From Mobula hypostoma (Eukaryota): a stretch of DNA of 64,000 bases. Of the stretch, positions 11,495-23,886 are shown in pieces (within the stretch, counting starts at the first letter, position 1; each line of letters opens with the position of its first letter). The stretch is from the NCBI RefSeq assembly GCF_963921235.1, contig NC_086109.1, positions 9,736,001 to 9,800,000 of the forward strand, in the 5' to 3' direction. The notes beneath the pieces are model-generated. The model was not told the origin of the DNA, did not search any database, and saw nothing but the letters and a program-made list of their open reading frames with translations. The position numbers and the translations under genes were made by a program.

Positions 11495-11645
11495 CTTCTT
11501 TCCCTGCCCTGGTGAAGGGTCTCAGCCTGAAATGTTGGCTTGTTATTCCTCTCTATACAGTAGTTTTGCCTGACCTGCTGAATCCCTCCAGCATTTTGTG
11601 TGTGTTGCTGAAGATTTGCAGCACCTGCAGAATCTCTTGTGTTGT
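11495..11645 (+). mobile_element. Single Penelope-type terminal repeat with a decayed hammerhead
   Basis: ccctggtgaagggtctcagcctgaaatgttggct...ctccagcattttgtgtgtgttgct. Confidence 0.75.
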
Positions 11646-11684
11646 TGAAAGCAGACTGCTGGATCTATTAAACTGATCATGAGG

Positions 11685-13113
11685 AATAAAGTTATGCCTC
11701 AATATTAGAGGGAGGCGAATATTGTCCCCTTGTTCAGAAAAGGTAGTAGGGGTAGTCCGGGTAATTATAGACCAGTGAGCCTTATGTCTGTGGTGGGAAA
11801 GCTGTTGGAAAAGATTCTTAGAGATAGGATCTCTAGGTATTTAGAGAATCATGGTCAGATCAGAGACAGTCAGCATGGCTTTGTGAAGGGAAGAGCATGT
11901 CTAACAAGCCTGTTAGAGTTCTTTGAGGAGGTGACCAGGCATATAGATGAGGGTAGTGCAGTTGATGTGATCTATATGGATTTTAGTAAGGCATTTGACA
12001 AGGTTCCACACAGTAGGCTTATTCAGAAAGTCAGAAGGCATGGGATCCAAGGAAGTTTGGCCAGACAGATTCAGAATTGGTTTGCCTGCAGAAGACAGAG
12101 GGTTGTGGAGGAGGGAGTACATTCGGATTGCAGGGTTGTGACTAGTGGTGTCCCACAAGGATCTGTTCTGGGATCTCTACTTTTCGTGATTTTTTATTAA
12201 CAACCTGGATGTGGGGGTTGAAGGGTGGGTTGGCAAGTTTGCAGATGACACAAAGATTGGTGGTGTTGTAGATAATGTGGAGGATTGTCAAAAATTGCAG
12301 AGAGACATTGATAGGTTGCAGAAGTGGGCTAAGTGGCAGATAGAGTTCAACCCAGAGAAGTGTGAGGTGGTACACTTTGGAAGGACAAACTCCAAGGCAG
12401 AGTATAGAGTAAATGGCAGGATACTTGGTAGTGTGGAGGAGCAGAAGGATTTGGGGGTACATGTCCACAGATCCCTGAAAGTTGCCTCACAGGTAGATAG
12501 GGTAGTTAAGAAAGCTTATAGCTTTCGTAAGTCGAGGGGTAGAGTTTAAGAGTCGCGAGGTAATGATGCAGCTCTATAAAACTCTGGTTAGGCCACACTT
12601 GGAGTACTGTGTCCAGTTCTGGTCGCCTCACTATAGGAAGGATGTGGAACCATTGGAAAGGCTACAGAGGAGATTTACCAGGATGCTGCCTGGTTTAGAG
12701 AGTATGCATTATGATCAGAGATTAAGGGAGCTAGGGCTTTACTCTTTGGAGAGAAGGAGGATGAGAAGACACATGATAGAGGTGTACAAGATATTAAGAG
12801 GAATATATAGAGTGGATAGCCAGCCCCTCTTCCGCAGGGCACCACTGCTCAATACAAGAGGATATGGCTTTAAGGGGTGGGAAGTTCAAGGGGGATATTA
12901 GAGGAAGGTTTTTTACTCAGAGTGGTTGGTGCCTGGAATACACTGCCTGAGTCAGTGGTGGAGGCAGATACACTAGTGAAATTTAAGAGAGTACTAGACA
13001 GGTATATGGAGGAATTTAAGGTGGGGGGTTATATGGGAGGCAGGGTTTGAGGGTCGGCACAACAATGTGGGCTGAAGGGCTTGTACCGTGCTGTACTATT
13101 CTATGTTCTATGT
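11685..13113 (+). mobile_element. CR1 LINE, 5'-truncated, RT domain with frameshifts
   Basis: PGNYRPVSLMSVVGKLLE, DFSKAFDKVPH, SGVPQGSVLG, KFADDTKIG, LVRPHLEYCVQFWSPHY, and a (TTCTATG)n tail. Confidence 0.95.
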
Positions 13114-13799
13114 TGAATCTTGACTTCCAAAGAACCTTTGGATCACAAATACATCAGGATCCAGCAGAAACCTCTTGTGATCCTATACATTGGCACTTTT
13201 GTACAGCGATTCAATCAGTCAGAGTGCTGTCTTCACAGCACATCTGTAGAAATTTGCTAGAGGCTTTGGTGACATACCAAGTCTCCTCATACTCTTAATG
13301 AAGCATAAGACATAGGAACATTATTAGGCTATTCAGCCCATTGAGTCATCTTTGCCATTCAACCATGGATGATTTATTTTCCCTCTCAAAATCTTTCTCC
13401 TACTCTCCTGCTAACCTTTGACCGACCAACTACTCAATAATTCTCCTGCCATTTTGATGGAAACAACTCATCTTGCTATCTAAACAATGCTACATTATGG
13501 TTAATTTTGTTGGGATCTCTGTTTCTTTCAAGTATTTAGTTCTTGGGGAAAATCCAGGTGCATTTGATATATCCAACCATGCAATATTTGTTTTAACTCT
13601 GCAAACACAGGGCTGTAGTGTTGTGAAACAGAAAGGGTTGGTCACAGACCAGAGAAATTACCGAATGTCACAATAATCATTTCCTGGTCATTAAGCTGCT
13701 ATAAATCTTCCCCAAAAGCTACAAAATGTTTCAAATTCTGTAATGAATATGTCCCAATTTTTACTGTTGTATGCTGTAATTGTAATTGTTCTTAAAACA

Positions 13800-14578
13800 T
13801 GCTGGACAACAATGATTTTGCTTCCTGAATACTTTTGGGTATATCTTATGGATTTTTGGCTGATGATCATGAAGATGACTATGAAATTTCCTTATCACAT
13901 GCCCTTTTTTAAAAATTGCCCATATTTGTTATTTCATTTCATAATTCAAGTCAGAATAACTGATGCCAAGATAAAGGAAAACATTTTAGTTGGTCCACAA
14001 ATCAAATAGGCCATTAATGACAGGGAATTCAAAGAACTTCCAGTGGGGATGGAGAAAGTTACATGGAAGGCATTAAAGGATGTTGTTGAAAATTTTCTTG
14101 GCAGCTACAGAGCACCAAACTACATGCAGCTGGTTAACAACATGATTCATGCATACAAAATCATGAAGTGCAGCATGTCACTAAAGTTTAGACTTCCCTG
14201 CAATTCTTGATGCTGTCAGTGACAAGCATGATGAAAGGTTTCACCAGAACATTGCGGTCATGGAGAAATGGTATCAGGGCAGGGAATCAATTAATGCTGG
14301 CTGATTATTGTTGAACACTTAAGTGAAAAGCCTTGGACACTGAGTACAAATGAAAATCATCAACAAAACATTTTTAGCTTACTTGAACAATTGCAAAGCA
14401 TCAGCACCATTATGCAATTAAACTCATTATATTCAATAAAAGTTAATTTCTTGTTTCTCCAAATTCCTACATGATACAAATACTCTAAAATTATGTTTGT
14501 GTTCAGCTTCAAGCGGTCTATCATAAAAAATTAAAATTCTGAGGAAACAGCATTTTCGAAAAAAATTGTTGTCCGGTG
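13800..14578 (+). mobile_element. Chapaev (Chapaev3-like) DNA transposon, internally deleted, with a transposase C-terminal remnant
   Basis: RITDAKIKENILVGPQIK...WKALKDVVENFLGSYRAPNY...KCSMSLK...AVSDKHDERFHQNIAVMEKWYQG...MLADYC. Terminal inverted repeats ctggacaacaat (about 13802) and attgttgtccggtg (14565-14578). Confidence 0.85.
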
Positions 14579-14642
14579 ATATTTGTTTCATTCCAAGTAA
14601 AGAAGAGCTAAATGGAATCTTTTCCTGTTTTCTTATGACAAT

Positions 14643-15135
14643 CCTCCACGAGGACCACAACCTTGGAGGCTTGTGTGCCTCAGTAAGCCAGAGAAGTATG
14701 CTGGCTGGAGTCAGCGTTTTATGCTTTGGCTCTTAGTAGGGTCATTCATGTGAAACAGGTCAAAGGGTCGAGGCCAGGCTAAAAGTGGTCCACCGGTCCT
14801 CCAGGTTCGGGGGTTCAGCTCGGGGCTAACAACCCTGACTGGCCAAACAAAACTATTGCAGAAACAGCAATGAGGAATCTTCTCCATCTGTGTGCAACAG
14901 TATTCCTGAGTCTCCACCTGGGACTGGCATGGCTGACAGTATTGAAAACTGAGAGGAAGCTACTGGCACAGTGAAGGAAGCCCTGACCACCACCCAGACC
15001 AAGGCCAAAAATTGTTTCAGAAATGAGGAACATGATTCATATCTGGGGCACAATAGAGAACGTGGCCAAGGACAGACAGAGATAGAGGACCTTAATTACT
15101 GCCCGAAACATGTGGAGGCATAATAGGCAGTAAGT
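14643..15135 (+). mobile_element. Non-autonomous RTE derivative
   Basis: Expander-like 5' UTR, then AKDRQR.RTLI (an RTE C-terminus) and the tail gcagtaagt. Sister copy at 2895-3289. Confidence 0.6.
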
Positions 15136-15224
15136 TATGATAATAGGAACCTCAGTCCTTATAACAGAGACACAAGTGACTGCAGATGCTACAAATAATC
15201 TTCTGGAAGAACACAAGGAATCAA

Positions 15225-15580
15225 TTATGAGGGGGATAGATAGAGTTGACATGGTTAGGCTTTTTCTATTGAGAGTGGGGGAGATTCAAACAAGAGGACA
15301 TGAGTTGAGAATTAAAGGGCAAAAATTTAGGGGTAACATGAGGGGGAACTTCTCTCAGAGAGTGGTAGCTGTGTGGAACGAGCTTCCAGCAGAAGTGGTT
15401 GAGGCAGGTTCAATCTTGTCGTTTAAAGTTAAATTGGACAGCTATATGGACAGGAAAGGAATGGAGGATTATGAGCTGAGTGCAGGTCGGTGGGACTAGG
15501 TGAGAGTAAGAGTTTGACATGGACTAGAAGGGCCGAGATGGCCTGTTTCCATGCTGTAATTGTTATATGGTTATATGGTT
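15225..15580 (+). mobile_element. CR1 3' end with a (TTATATGG)n tail
   Basis: IMRGIDRVD...TRGHELRI...VVAVWNELP; highly similar to the reverse complement of 40326-40690. Confidence 0.9.
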
Positions 15581-16336
15581 AAGAAGCTGTTTTACTTTCC
15601 TCCTGCAGCTGCCTGTCATAAAACATAGAACATTACATCACAGTCTTCTTCTTCTTGTGATCTCTTAAGTTGAGGATGATGTTCTCCTGATGAGTTGTCT
15701 ATTAGTGGGTCGTCAGGTGGCTGTAGAGGCCAATCCAGGTTCTGCATATTCTAAGGAACTTAATCTGAGAGGTTATGGTGGATTGCCTTAATGGAGACAT
15801 GTGCGTGACTTTTTTTTAACATGGGGAGGCTGGTGGATGGACAGCCACCACACGGTCCTTGGCAGATCGGGGTCAGGTCCAGTCGCATGTAATCCAAGGC
15901 AACTTGGGACCCTTCACTGCTACAACCTTCCTCCATCTTCACTGCCATTATGATGTGTTATCTCCTTCCACTAGCTACATCTTTCAGGAACTGGCACAGT
16001 ACAGTCTCTTTGGCCCATGATGTTGTCCCAACATTTTAATCTACTCTAAGATCAATCTGACAATTCCCTCTAGTGTAGCCATCCATTTTCCTATTGTCTA
16101 TACATCTTGACTTGCTAAGTTCCCCCAGCAGACCGTTTGTTGCTAATTTCTTTGAGCTGTGAAGAGCATAATTCAAAACCAGTTTACATATTGCAAAGCA
16201 TCAAAGAAAATGGAAAGCACCCAAAATACAAGTTATTGAGTTTTACGTTTTCGGAAGCTTAACTCTGTTTCTCTGTCCACGGAGCTGCCTGAATTGCTAT
16301 GTGTTTCCAGTATTATGTTTATTTACAATCTGTTGT

Positions 16337-16730
16337 CACTTTATTAGGTACACCTGTACACCTGGTCGTTGATGCAAATATGTAATCAACCAATCATGTG
16401 GCAGCAACTCAATGCATAAAAGTATGAAGTGAGGTCAAGAGGTTCAGTTGTTTTTCAGACTAAACATCAGGTTGGGGAAGAAATGTGATTGAAGTGATTT
16501 TGACTGTGGAATGACTGTTGGTGCCAGACGGGGCGGTTTGAGTATCTCAGATACTGCTGACCTCCTGCGATTTCCCCACACCATAGTCTCTAGAGTTTAC
16601 AGAGAAAGGTGCGTAAAAGCAAAAAGAATATTCAGTGAGTAGCAGTTCTGTGGGTGTAAATGCCTCATTAATGAAAGAGATCAGAGGAGAATGGCTAGAC
16701 TGGATCAAACTGACAGGAAGGTGACAGAAA
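16337..16730 (+). mobile_element. Tc1/mariner remnant (left end and transposase N-terminal HTH)
   Basis: cactttattaggtacacc end motif; GKKCD.SDFDCGMTVGARRGGLSISDTADLLRFPHTIVSRVYRE. Confidence 0.85.
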
Positions 16731-16839
16731 TTATTCTTGTTTTTCTTATTCATTTGAAAAATGTGGACTTTATTGTTAATGTGTATATTCTAATTGTCCT
16801 TGAAAGAGTACTTGTAAGCTACTATCCTGAGGTGCTGTA

Positions 16840-17675
16840 GTTTGCGGACAAAGATAATTCCATTATGTTTATCGATTACAGCTTGGCGTTCAGTGCCATC
16901 ATCCCCTCATAACTACACAACATGCTTCAAAACCTGGGCTTCTATACCTTCCTCTCCAACTGGATCCTTGAATTCCATCTCTGGAAACCACAGTCAGTGC
17001 AGGTTGGAAACAACATCTCCTCCTCGCTGATAACTAACACAGGATCACCAGTGTTTAGCCTACAGCTCTAATCTTTACATTGTGTGGTAAGGCATAGCTT
17101 CAATGGCATCTATATATTTGCTGATGAATCTCAGACAGCAAAGAGGAGGCATATTGGAGTGAGGTAGATGGGTTAGTTGACTGGTGAAACAACGATAACC
17201 TTATACTCAACGTCAGCAAGACAAAGGAATTGATTATGGACTTCAGGAAGGGGAAGTTGGGAGAACATTCACTAGTCCTCACTGAGGGGTCAGTAGTGGA
17301 AAGGATAAGCAGCTTCCAGTTCTTGGCATCAATTTCTCAGAGGGTCTATACTGGTTTCAACATATTGATGCAATCACAAAGAAGGCATGCCCGCGCCTAT
17401 ACTCCATTCGGAGTTTGAAGAGATTTGCTATGCCATCAACGACTGAAACAATTTCTGCGGGCGTACCATGGAGAGCATTCTGACTGGTTGCATTACCACC
17501 TGGAGTGAAGGCTCCATGGCACAGGACCAAAACGAGACTTCAGAGAGTTGTAGTTTCAGCCAGCTACATTACAGGCACAACCCTACACATTATTGAGGAC
17601 ATCTTCAAAAGATGGTGCCTCTTGGAGGCAGTGCCTATCACTAAGCTCCCCTTACCATTTGGGACATGCCCATTT
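16840..17675 (+). mobile_element. Decayed Rex1/Babar-type LINE RT fragment
   Basis: FIDYS, FADE, LNVSKTKELIMDFRK and ESILTGCITTW, homologous to 34871-36220. Confidence 0.8.
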
Positions 17676-18624
17676 CTCAAGTTCAAGTTTATTGTCGTTG
17701 AACTGAACACATGTATACCGCCAAATGAATCAACGTTCCCCCAGATCAAGGGACACAACACATTACACACGACCCAAAGGTAATATTACCACAAATAAAT
17801 TAACAAATAATAAGGTGCATTTACAACCAAGTGAGAAGTGAACAGTATAATGCTACTGGTACTTCATGTATGATGAGACCTAGGTGGTGGCAGGAAGTTC
17901 CTTAGTCTCAAGGCTTGGTGGAAGAGGCAGCTTCCCATCCTTACAGTCCTTGTCCTAATGCTACAATACCCCTGCCTGATGGTGGGGAAGGTCAAAGAGA
18001 TTGTTGGACGAATGGGAGGGATCATTGTCAACACTAAGGATCCTGTGTACACAGTGCTCCTGATAATACATTTCACTGAATGCTCCAACGTTTGGATGTG
18101 ACAGATAAAGCTAATTTTAAAAAATGTTCAAATGCTGGAGAAACTCAACAGGTCAGGTGGCATCGATGGAGGGAAATAAACAATCTTCCCCTGTTTTCTT
18201 TTACTTAACCTACATTTCAATGAGATGTGGTGAAAATCTAGCAAATTTATATTAAAGTTCCCCATCACCCAGGACATGCCCTCTTCTCATTGCTACCATC
18301 AAAGAGGAGGTACAAAAGCCTGAAGGTACATATGCAATGATTCAAGAACGGTCTCGTCGCCTTCACCATCACATTTCTGAATGGACATTGAACCCATGAA
18401 CACTACCTCACTATCTCACTTTTCCTCTTTTTGCACTATTTATTTAACTTAACTTTTAAAATATATAAATATATATATAAACTAACTGTAATTTACAGTT
18501 TTTAATTTTTGTGTATTACAATATACTGTTGCTACATAACAACAAATTTCACAACATATGCCAGTGATACTCAACCTGATTTGATTCTGATAGGAGGGTG
18601 ACCTGTTCTCATTGTGAAGACCAA

Positions 18625-18730
18625 GCATTCACTGATGAAGGGTCTTGGTCCAAAACATCGACTATGTATCTCCCTCCATAGATGCTGCCTGACCTGCCGA
18701 TTTTCTCCAGCATGTTCTGTGTGGCTGCTG
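18625..18730 (+). mobile_element. Single Penelope-type terminal repeat with a decayed hammerhead
   Basis: actgatgaagggtcttggtccaaaacatcgact...gatgctgcctgacctgc. Confidence 0.7.
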
Positions 18731-18799
18731 TAGGATGGAGGGATGGGACCCAGTGAAGTGACTTGCTTATTCCTCTGTGAAGCAGCTTACAAAAGTATT

Positions 18800-19349
18800 C
18801 ACGAAGATGAGAAAATCTGCAGATGCTGGGAATCCAAAGCAACACACACAAAATGCTGGAGGAACCCAGCAGGTCAAGCAGCATCTATGGAAAAGAGTAA
18901 ACAGTCGAAATTTCGAACCGGGTCTCATTAAGACGGGAAAGGAAAGGGAGAAGTCAGAATAAGAAGGTGGTGGGGGAGGAAGAAGTACAAGGTGGCAGGT
19001 GATAGGTGAAGCTAGGAGAGGTGGGTGGTGAAGTAAAGAGCTGGGCAGTTGATTGATGAAAGAGATAAAGAGCTGGAGAGAAGGGGAAATCTGATAGGAG
19101 AGGACAGAAGACCATGAAATAAAGGGAAGGGACTGGAGCACCAGGGGGAGGTGATGGGCAGGTAAGAAGAGAAGGTGAGAAGCAAAAATGGGGAATGATG
19201 AAGGAGAGGAGGGGTGGTAATTACTGAAAGTTCAAGAAATCCCCTTTCTTTCCAGTCTCAATGAGGAGTCTCAGCCCAAAACATTGACTGTTTACTCTTT
19301 TCCATAGACGCTGCCTGGCCTGCTGAGTTCCTTCTGCATTTTGTTCATG
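18800..19349 (-). mobile_element. 5'-truncated Penelope 3' UTR with an inverted terminal repeat and a 13-bp TSD
   Basis: Minus arm 18800-18935, purine-rich spacer to about 19240 (reverse of the CT-rich PLE 3' UTR), plus arm 19241-19349. TSD ttacaaaagtatt (18787-18799) / ttacaaaagtgtt (19350-19362). Confidence 0.85.
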
Positions 19350-19569
19350 TTACAAAAGTGTTGTCACTGTTACTATATAAAGTTGTTTGCTGTTGTCGGT
19401 GGGGTAGGGCAACTTGTTTAAAGTATGACCAGATGCAGAATGTCAAAGTCAAAGCCGAGTATATTTTTATATACACAACTACATGCTTGCTTTCAAAGGC
19501 TTGCTTGTGGCAGCATTAGAGGTAATGACAACAAAGATGTGGTCATGGGAAGTTCAGGAGTGGCCACAG

Positions 19570-20555
19570 GACTATTCGAGTCAGTTAGCTAAGCCATGTT
19601 GAAGGACTCATCAGAAGATCTAAAGGAATATGCAACAGACATTTATAAAAACACTTGTGGACAAGTGTGTCCCCACCAAATTAAAGTCTTCTTCAACCAG
19701 AAAGCCTGGATGAACCAAAATATTTGAAATCTGCTGAGGACCAGAAAGCTTGCATTCAGGACTGGCGATCCAGAAAAGTACAGGATATTTTGGTATTAGA
19801 TTACAAACGTGTAGATTAGATTCGATTCAACCTTATTGTCATTGTGCTGAGTACAGATACAAAGCCAATGAAATGCAGTTAGCATCTAACCAGAAATGCA
19901 AAGAAAAGTGTTATTTACAAAATAACTGCGAATACAAAGTAAGTGCTACAGCACACAAATATAAAAGTACTGAGATAGTACAATATGGGTACAATACTGC
20001 TTAGCGCTGTGATGTGAGGTTCAGCAGGGTCACAGCCTCAGGGAAGAAGCTCTTCCTGTGCCTGCTGGTGCGGGAGCGGAGGCTCCTGTAGCGCCTACCG
20101 GATGGGAGGAGAGTAAAAAGTTAGGGTGAGGGTGAGATGCATCCTTGATAATGCTTTTCGCCCTGCCCAGGCAGCGTTTGTGGTAGATGTTCTCAATGGT
20201 GGGCAATTGGGTGCCGATAATCCAGTGGTATGACCTCTGGAAAGCCATCTTACTTATAAAGTGGCAATTCTGGATGAAAGGTGAATCACAGAGGGATGCT
20301 CCACATCTGTGGCAGGGTTTGAATGCCATCATCTTATACAAAAACAAAGCAACATAAATGACAACAAGATTTTGCTTCTGGATGAGCTCAATGCCTTTTA
20401 TGCTTGCTTTGACTGCCAGAACATGGAGGCACCTTTATGAACCCCTACAGCTCCCAACGACCCTGTGATTTCAGTCTCTGGGGCCAAGGCGAGAGCATTC
20501 TTCGGGGGGTGGGGGGGAACCCACAGAAAGCACTTGGTCCAGACGGTGTACATGG
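19570..20555. mobile_element. Nested Rex1/Babar fragments: a + strand ORF2 remnant interrupted by a - strand 3' end (about 19795-20225) with a (TTAGA)n tail
   Basis: NQKAWMNQ, LWQGLNAI and DELNAFYACFD on +; IYHKRCLGRAKSIIKDASHPH on -. Confidence 0.7.
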
Positions 20556-20579
20556 TCTTGTATAATTTTGGTCATATCT

Positions 20580-21165
20580 TGTATAGCACTTTCGCACCAT
20601 CTGCCACAAGAGGGACTTCCTGGTAGCCAAACATCTTAATTCCAATTCCCATTCCTGTTCTGCTGTGTCAATCCCTGGTCTCCTCTTGTGCCAAGATGAG
20701 GCCACAATCAGGGTAGAGGAGCAACACCTTATATTCTGTCTGGGTACCCTGCAACTTAATGGCATGAATATCGATATCTCCTTTGGTGAACAAATTTCCT
20801 TCCCCGTCCCTGCCCCCCTTTCCTCTATTCTTCACTCTGACCTTTCATTTCTCCTCACCTGCATACTACTTCCCCTTGTCTCCCCTGCTTACTCCTACAG
20901 TCCACTCTCCTCTCCTGTCAGATTATTTCTTCCGTAGCCTTTGACTTTCCCTGCCCACTTGGCTTCACCTATCACCTTCTTTCCCTTCCCTCCACCTTAT
21001 TGTCTAGGCATCTTCCCGCTTCCCTCTCAGTCCTGAAGAAGGGTCTCAGCCTGAAATGCTGACTGTTTACTCTTTTCCATAGATGCTGCCTGACCTGCTG
21101 AGTTCCTCCAGCATTTTGTTTGTGCTGCTTTGGATTTCCAACATCTGTAGACTTTCTAGTGTTTG
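20580..21165 (+). mobile_element. Penelope 3' fragment: GIY-YIG C-terminus, CT-rich UTR and hammerhead terminal repeat
   Basis: VAKHLNSNSHS..SIPGLLLCQDEATIRVEEQHLIFCLGTLQLNGMNID; tcagtcctgaagaagggtctcagcctgaaatgctgactg at 21027-21065. Confidence 0.85.
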
Positions 21166-22865
21166 TAAATTAAACAAGATTATACAAGAAGGAACGCAAT
21201 TGGAACAAAATTAGAGAGTCCATTACAAAGCAAAGTGGTCAAAATGTTGCTATTTTAAGGTAGTAATCAGGGTTCTGCAGACTGGTCCAAAAACCGAATG
21301 GTTGATGGAAGTGTCTGTGCTTGAATGGCTAGATGTAGTTTAATTTTAACAAAGACAACTTACCTAAGTTAATACTTGAATGAAGTTGAATAAACTGCCC
21401 CATTCAGCAGTAAATTTTTGGGCGTTAGCAAGGGTAGAGGTTGTTATTTACACACAATTGACTTGTTAATGTTAGGTGTGGTCTTTTGTGGGAATAATCA
21501 CAAAAATTGCACAGAATTACAAGGCGCACTACCCTCATTAGCTTTTTTGAAAATGGCATCCCATAAATGCAGCCTCTCTAGTAGAATCCCTCCCTATATA
21601 TTGTAGTCAAAGTAAATTTTTTCAAAGTATGTTTACTGCATATCATCCTCAGATTCATTTTCTTGCAGAAATTCACAGGAAAATAAAGAAATACAACATA
21701 ATTTATGAAAAACTATGCATAAATAAAGACTGAGAAGCAACCAACATGCTAAAGATTCAAAGATTAAGGTTATATTTATTATCAAATTATGTATGCAGTA
21801 TACAACCCTGAGATTTGTCTTCCCACAGACAGCCTCGAAACAACGAAATGGCATGGAACCCATTCAAAGAAAAGATCAAAACACCCAAATGTGCCAAACA
21901 AAAAGAACAAATCATGCATCTGACTAAAAACAAGCGGATAAAACACAAGAGTATGAACCATCGAACCACAGAGTCCTTGAAACAGTCTAGGAACGTTTAG
22001 TTCAGTTCAGTTCAATTTAGTGCTGTACTGTTTGTTCACTGCAGGCCGCAGTGACAGTCTGCCTCGATCAAAATCACAGAAAGTAGCAATAAAAAAAAGG
22101 AGTAACCAGAAACATATACAACATGAACTGCAGAGTCCTCTAAAAATGAGTCCAATCCACAAACCACGCTGATCAAACCTTGCCCAAGACTCAAGACTCC
22201 TGCACCTTCCTGCGGCAGCAGCGAGCGAGAGGGAGGAAGAGACCAGTCAAAGGCAGGCAGACGGCGCTGAACACCCGCTCCTCTTCTCTCATCCTCGTTG
22301 ATTTCAACCTCACTGAAGACAAACTGTGCAAATAAATATATATACACACACTTTATAAATAATACTGAGAACATGAACTGCAGCGTCCTTGAAAGTGAGT
22401 CTGTAGGTTGTGGAAACAGTTCAGAGTTGAGGTGATTCAGAGCCGTAGTAAACAGAACTACAAACCATACTCCAGCCATGGCCATACCAGTGTTCTAAAT
22501 AACTGCATGATAATCTGTCTGTTCTTATACCTTGTGCCCTGCCTTCCTACTGATCTGCCCTACTTGTCCTGCTGCCTTGGATCCATACACTGAGGCTTTG
22601 TAACTCAGTATTTCCCGGGCTTCTATCCTAGTCCTTCCTTCCGCTTTCCAAACGAAGAGTCTCAACTTAAGAAGTCCTCTGTCTATTTCCCATTTATTGA
22701 TGCTGCCTGAGCTGCCAAGTTCCTCCATCAGTCTCGTTTTCACTCTGGATTCCAGCATCTGCAGTTTCTTGCGACTCCATCTTTTAATTGCTGTTGGAGA
22801 TCTTAAAAAAATTAACTTGAAAAATGTTCAAAATTTCTGATTCTTTACTCTCTCCAGCTTATTCC

Positions 22866-23112
22866 TGTTCTGTTTAGTGACTTCAAAACATTAAACTAAA
22901 TCAAAGGAAGACACAGGAATCCAAATTACGGGTCTAACTTTGAGTTTACTTTTAAGCAAGGTGCGCATGTATCACCTGGTAGCGTGATGATGTATCAAAA
23001 TCACACACTTATACATGTAACCCATAATGAATTATTTAAATGAATGCTTAATAGCAACATGTTTACAAATTTACTCAAATATTATTGAATATTGAATATT
23101 GAATCTACAACA
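22866..23112 (-). mobile_element. Solo LTR of the Gypsy family seen at 8958-9708
   Basis: TGT...ACA termini; reverse complement similar to 9472-9708; flanks attcc / aatcc (5-bp TSD with one mismatch). Confidence 0.75.
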
Positions 23113-23350
23113 AATCCATTCCCTTATTCCCTCTGCTTTCTATTCATGATCTGGCATCAAGTTAAATATTTTAGCTGACTCCTCCTGATTCAGCCTCTGT
23201 GCTGTTCATTCTAAAAGTTTCTTAACAAGGCTAACAATTTTCACTCAGCTCCCGATTCCTCCACTTAACACAACTTGATCAAAGATTATTATTAAATGGG
23301 GGAAGGCAAGTAACGAAGGACTGTCTTTCACTGTCCAGAATTAACTTTGG

Positions 23351-23407
23351 CTCAACATACAATAGCCTTGTCTAGAAATAGCCTCAACATACAATAGCCT
23401 TGTCTAG
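23351..23407. repeat. Short tandem duplication, period 32 (ctcaacatacaatagccttgtctag x2)
   Basis: Identical 25-mers at 23351-23375 and 23383-23407. Confidence 0.9.
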
Positions 23408-23585
23408 TGTCTAGCGCAGTGCTTCAGAATTCAACCTCTTATGTATAACAACAGCCAATGTGGAGACACAAGAGATGGTAGATGCTGGAAATCTGTAGAA
23501 ACACACACGATGCTGGAGCTCAACAGGTCCAAGTAAATTTATTATCACAGTACACATGTGTCACCATATACTACGTTGAGATCCA

Positions 23586-23886
23586 TTTTTATTTAGTAAT
23601 ACAGTGTGGAGTCGGCCCTTAGCGCCCCGCTGCCCCAGGAACCCCTAGCAACCTGATTTAACCCTAACCTAATCACGGGACAACTTCCAATGACCTGTTA
23701 CCTTACTAACCGGCATATCTTTGGACTGTGGGAGGAAGCCAGAGGACCCAGAGAAAACCCACGCATTCCATGGGGGAGGATGTACAGAGACCCCTCACAG
23801 AACGGTGCCGGAATTGAACTCCGAACTTCGGAACGCCCCTGAGCTGTAACAGCGCCGTGCTAACCGTCACGCTACCGTGGCGCTCC
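23586..23886 (-). mobile_element. V-SINE inserted in a Rex1-type tail
   Basis: The reverse complement begins gcgccacggtagcgtgacggttagcacggcgctgttacagctc...gagttcaattccg (boxes A and B). Confidence 0.8.
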
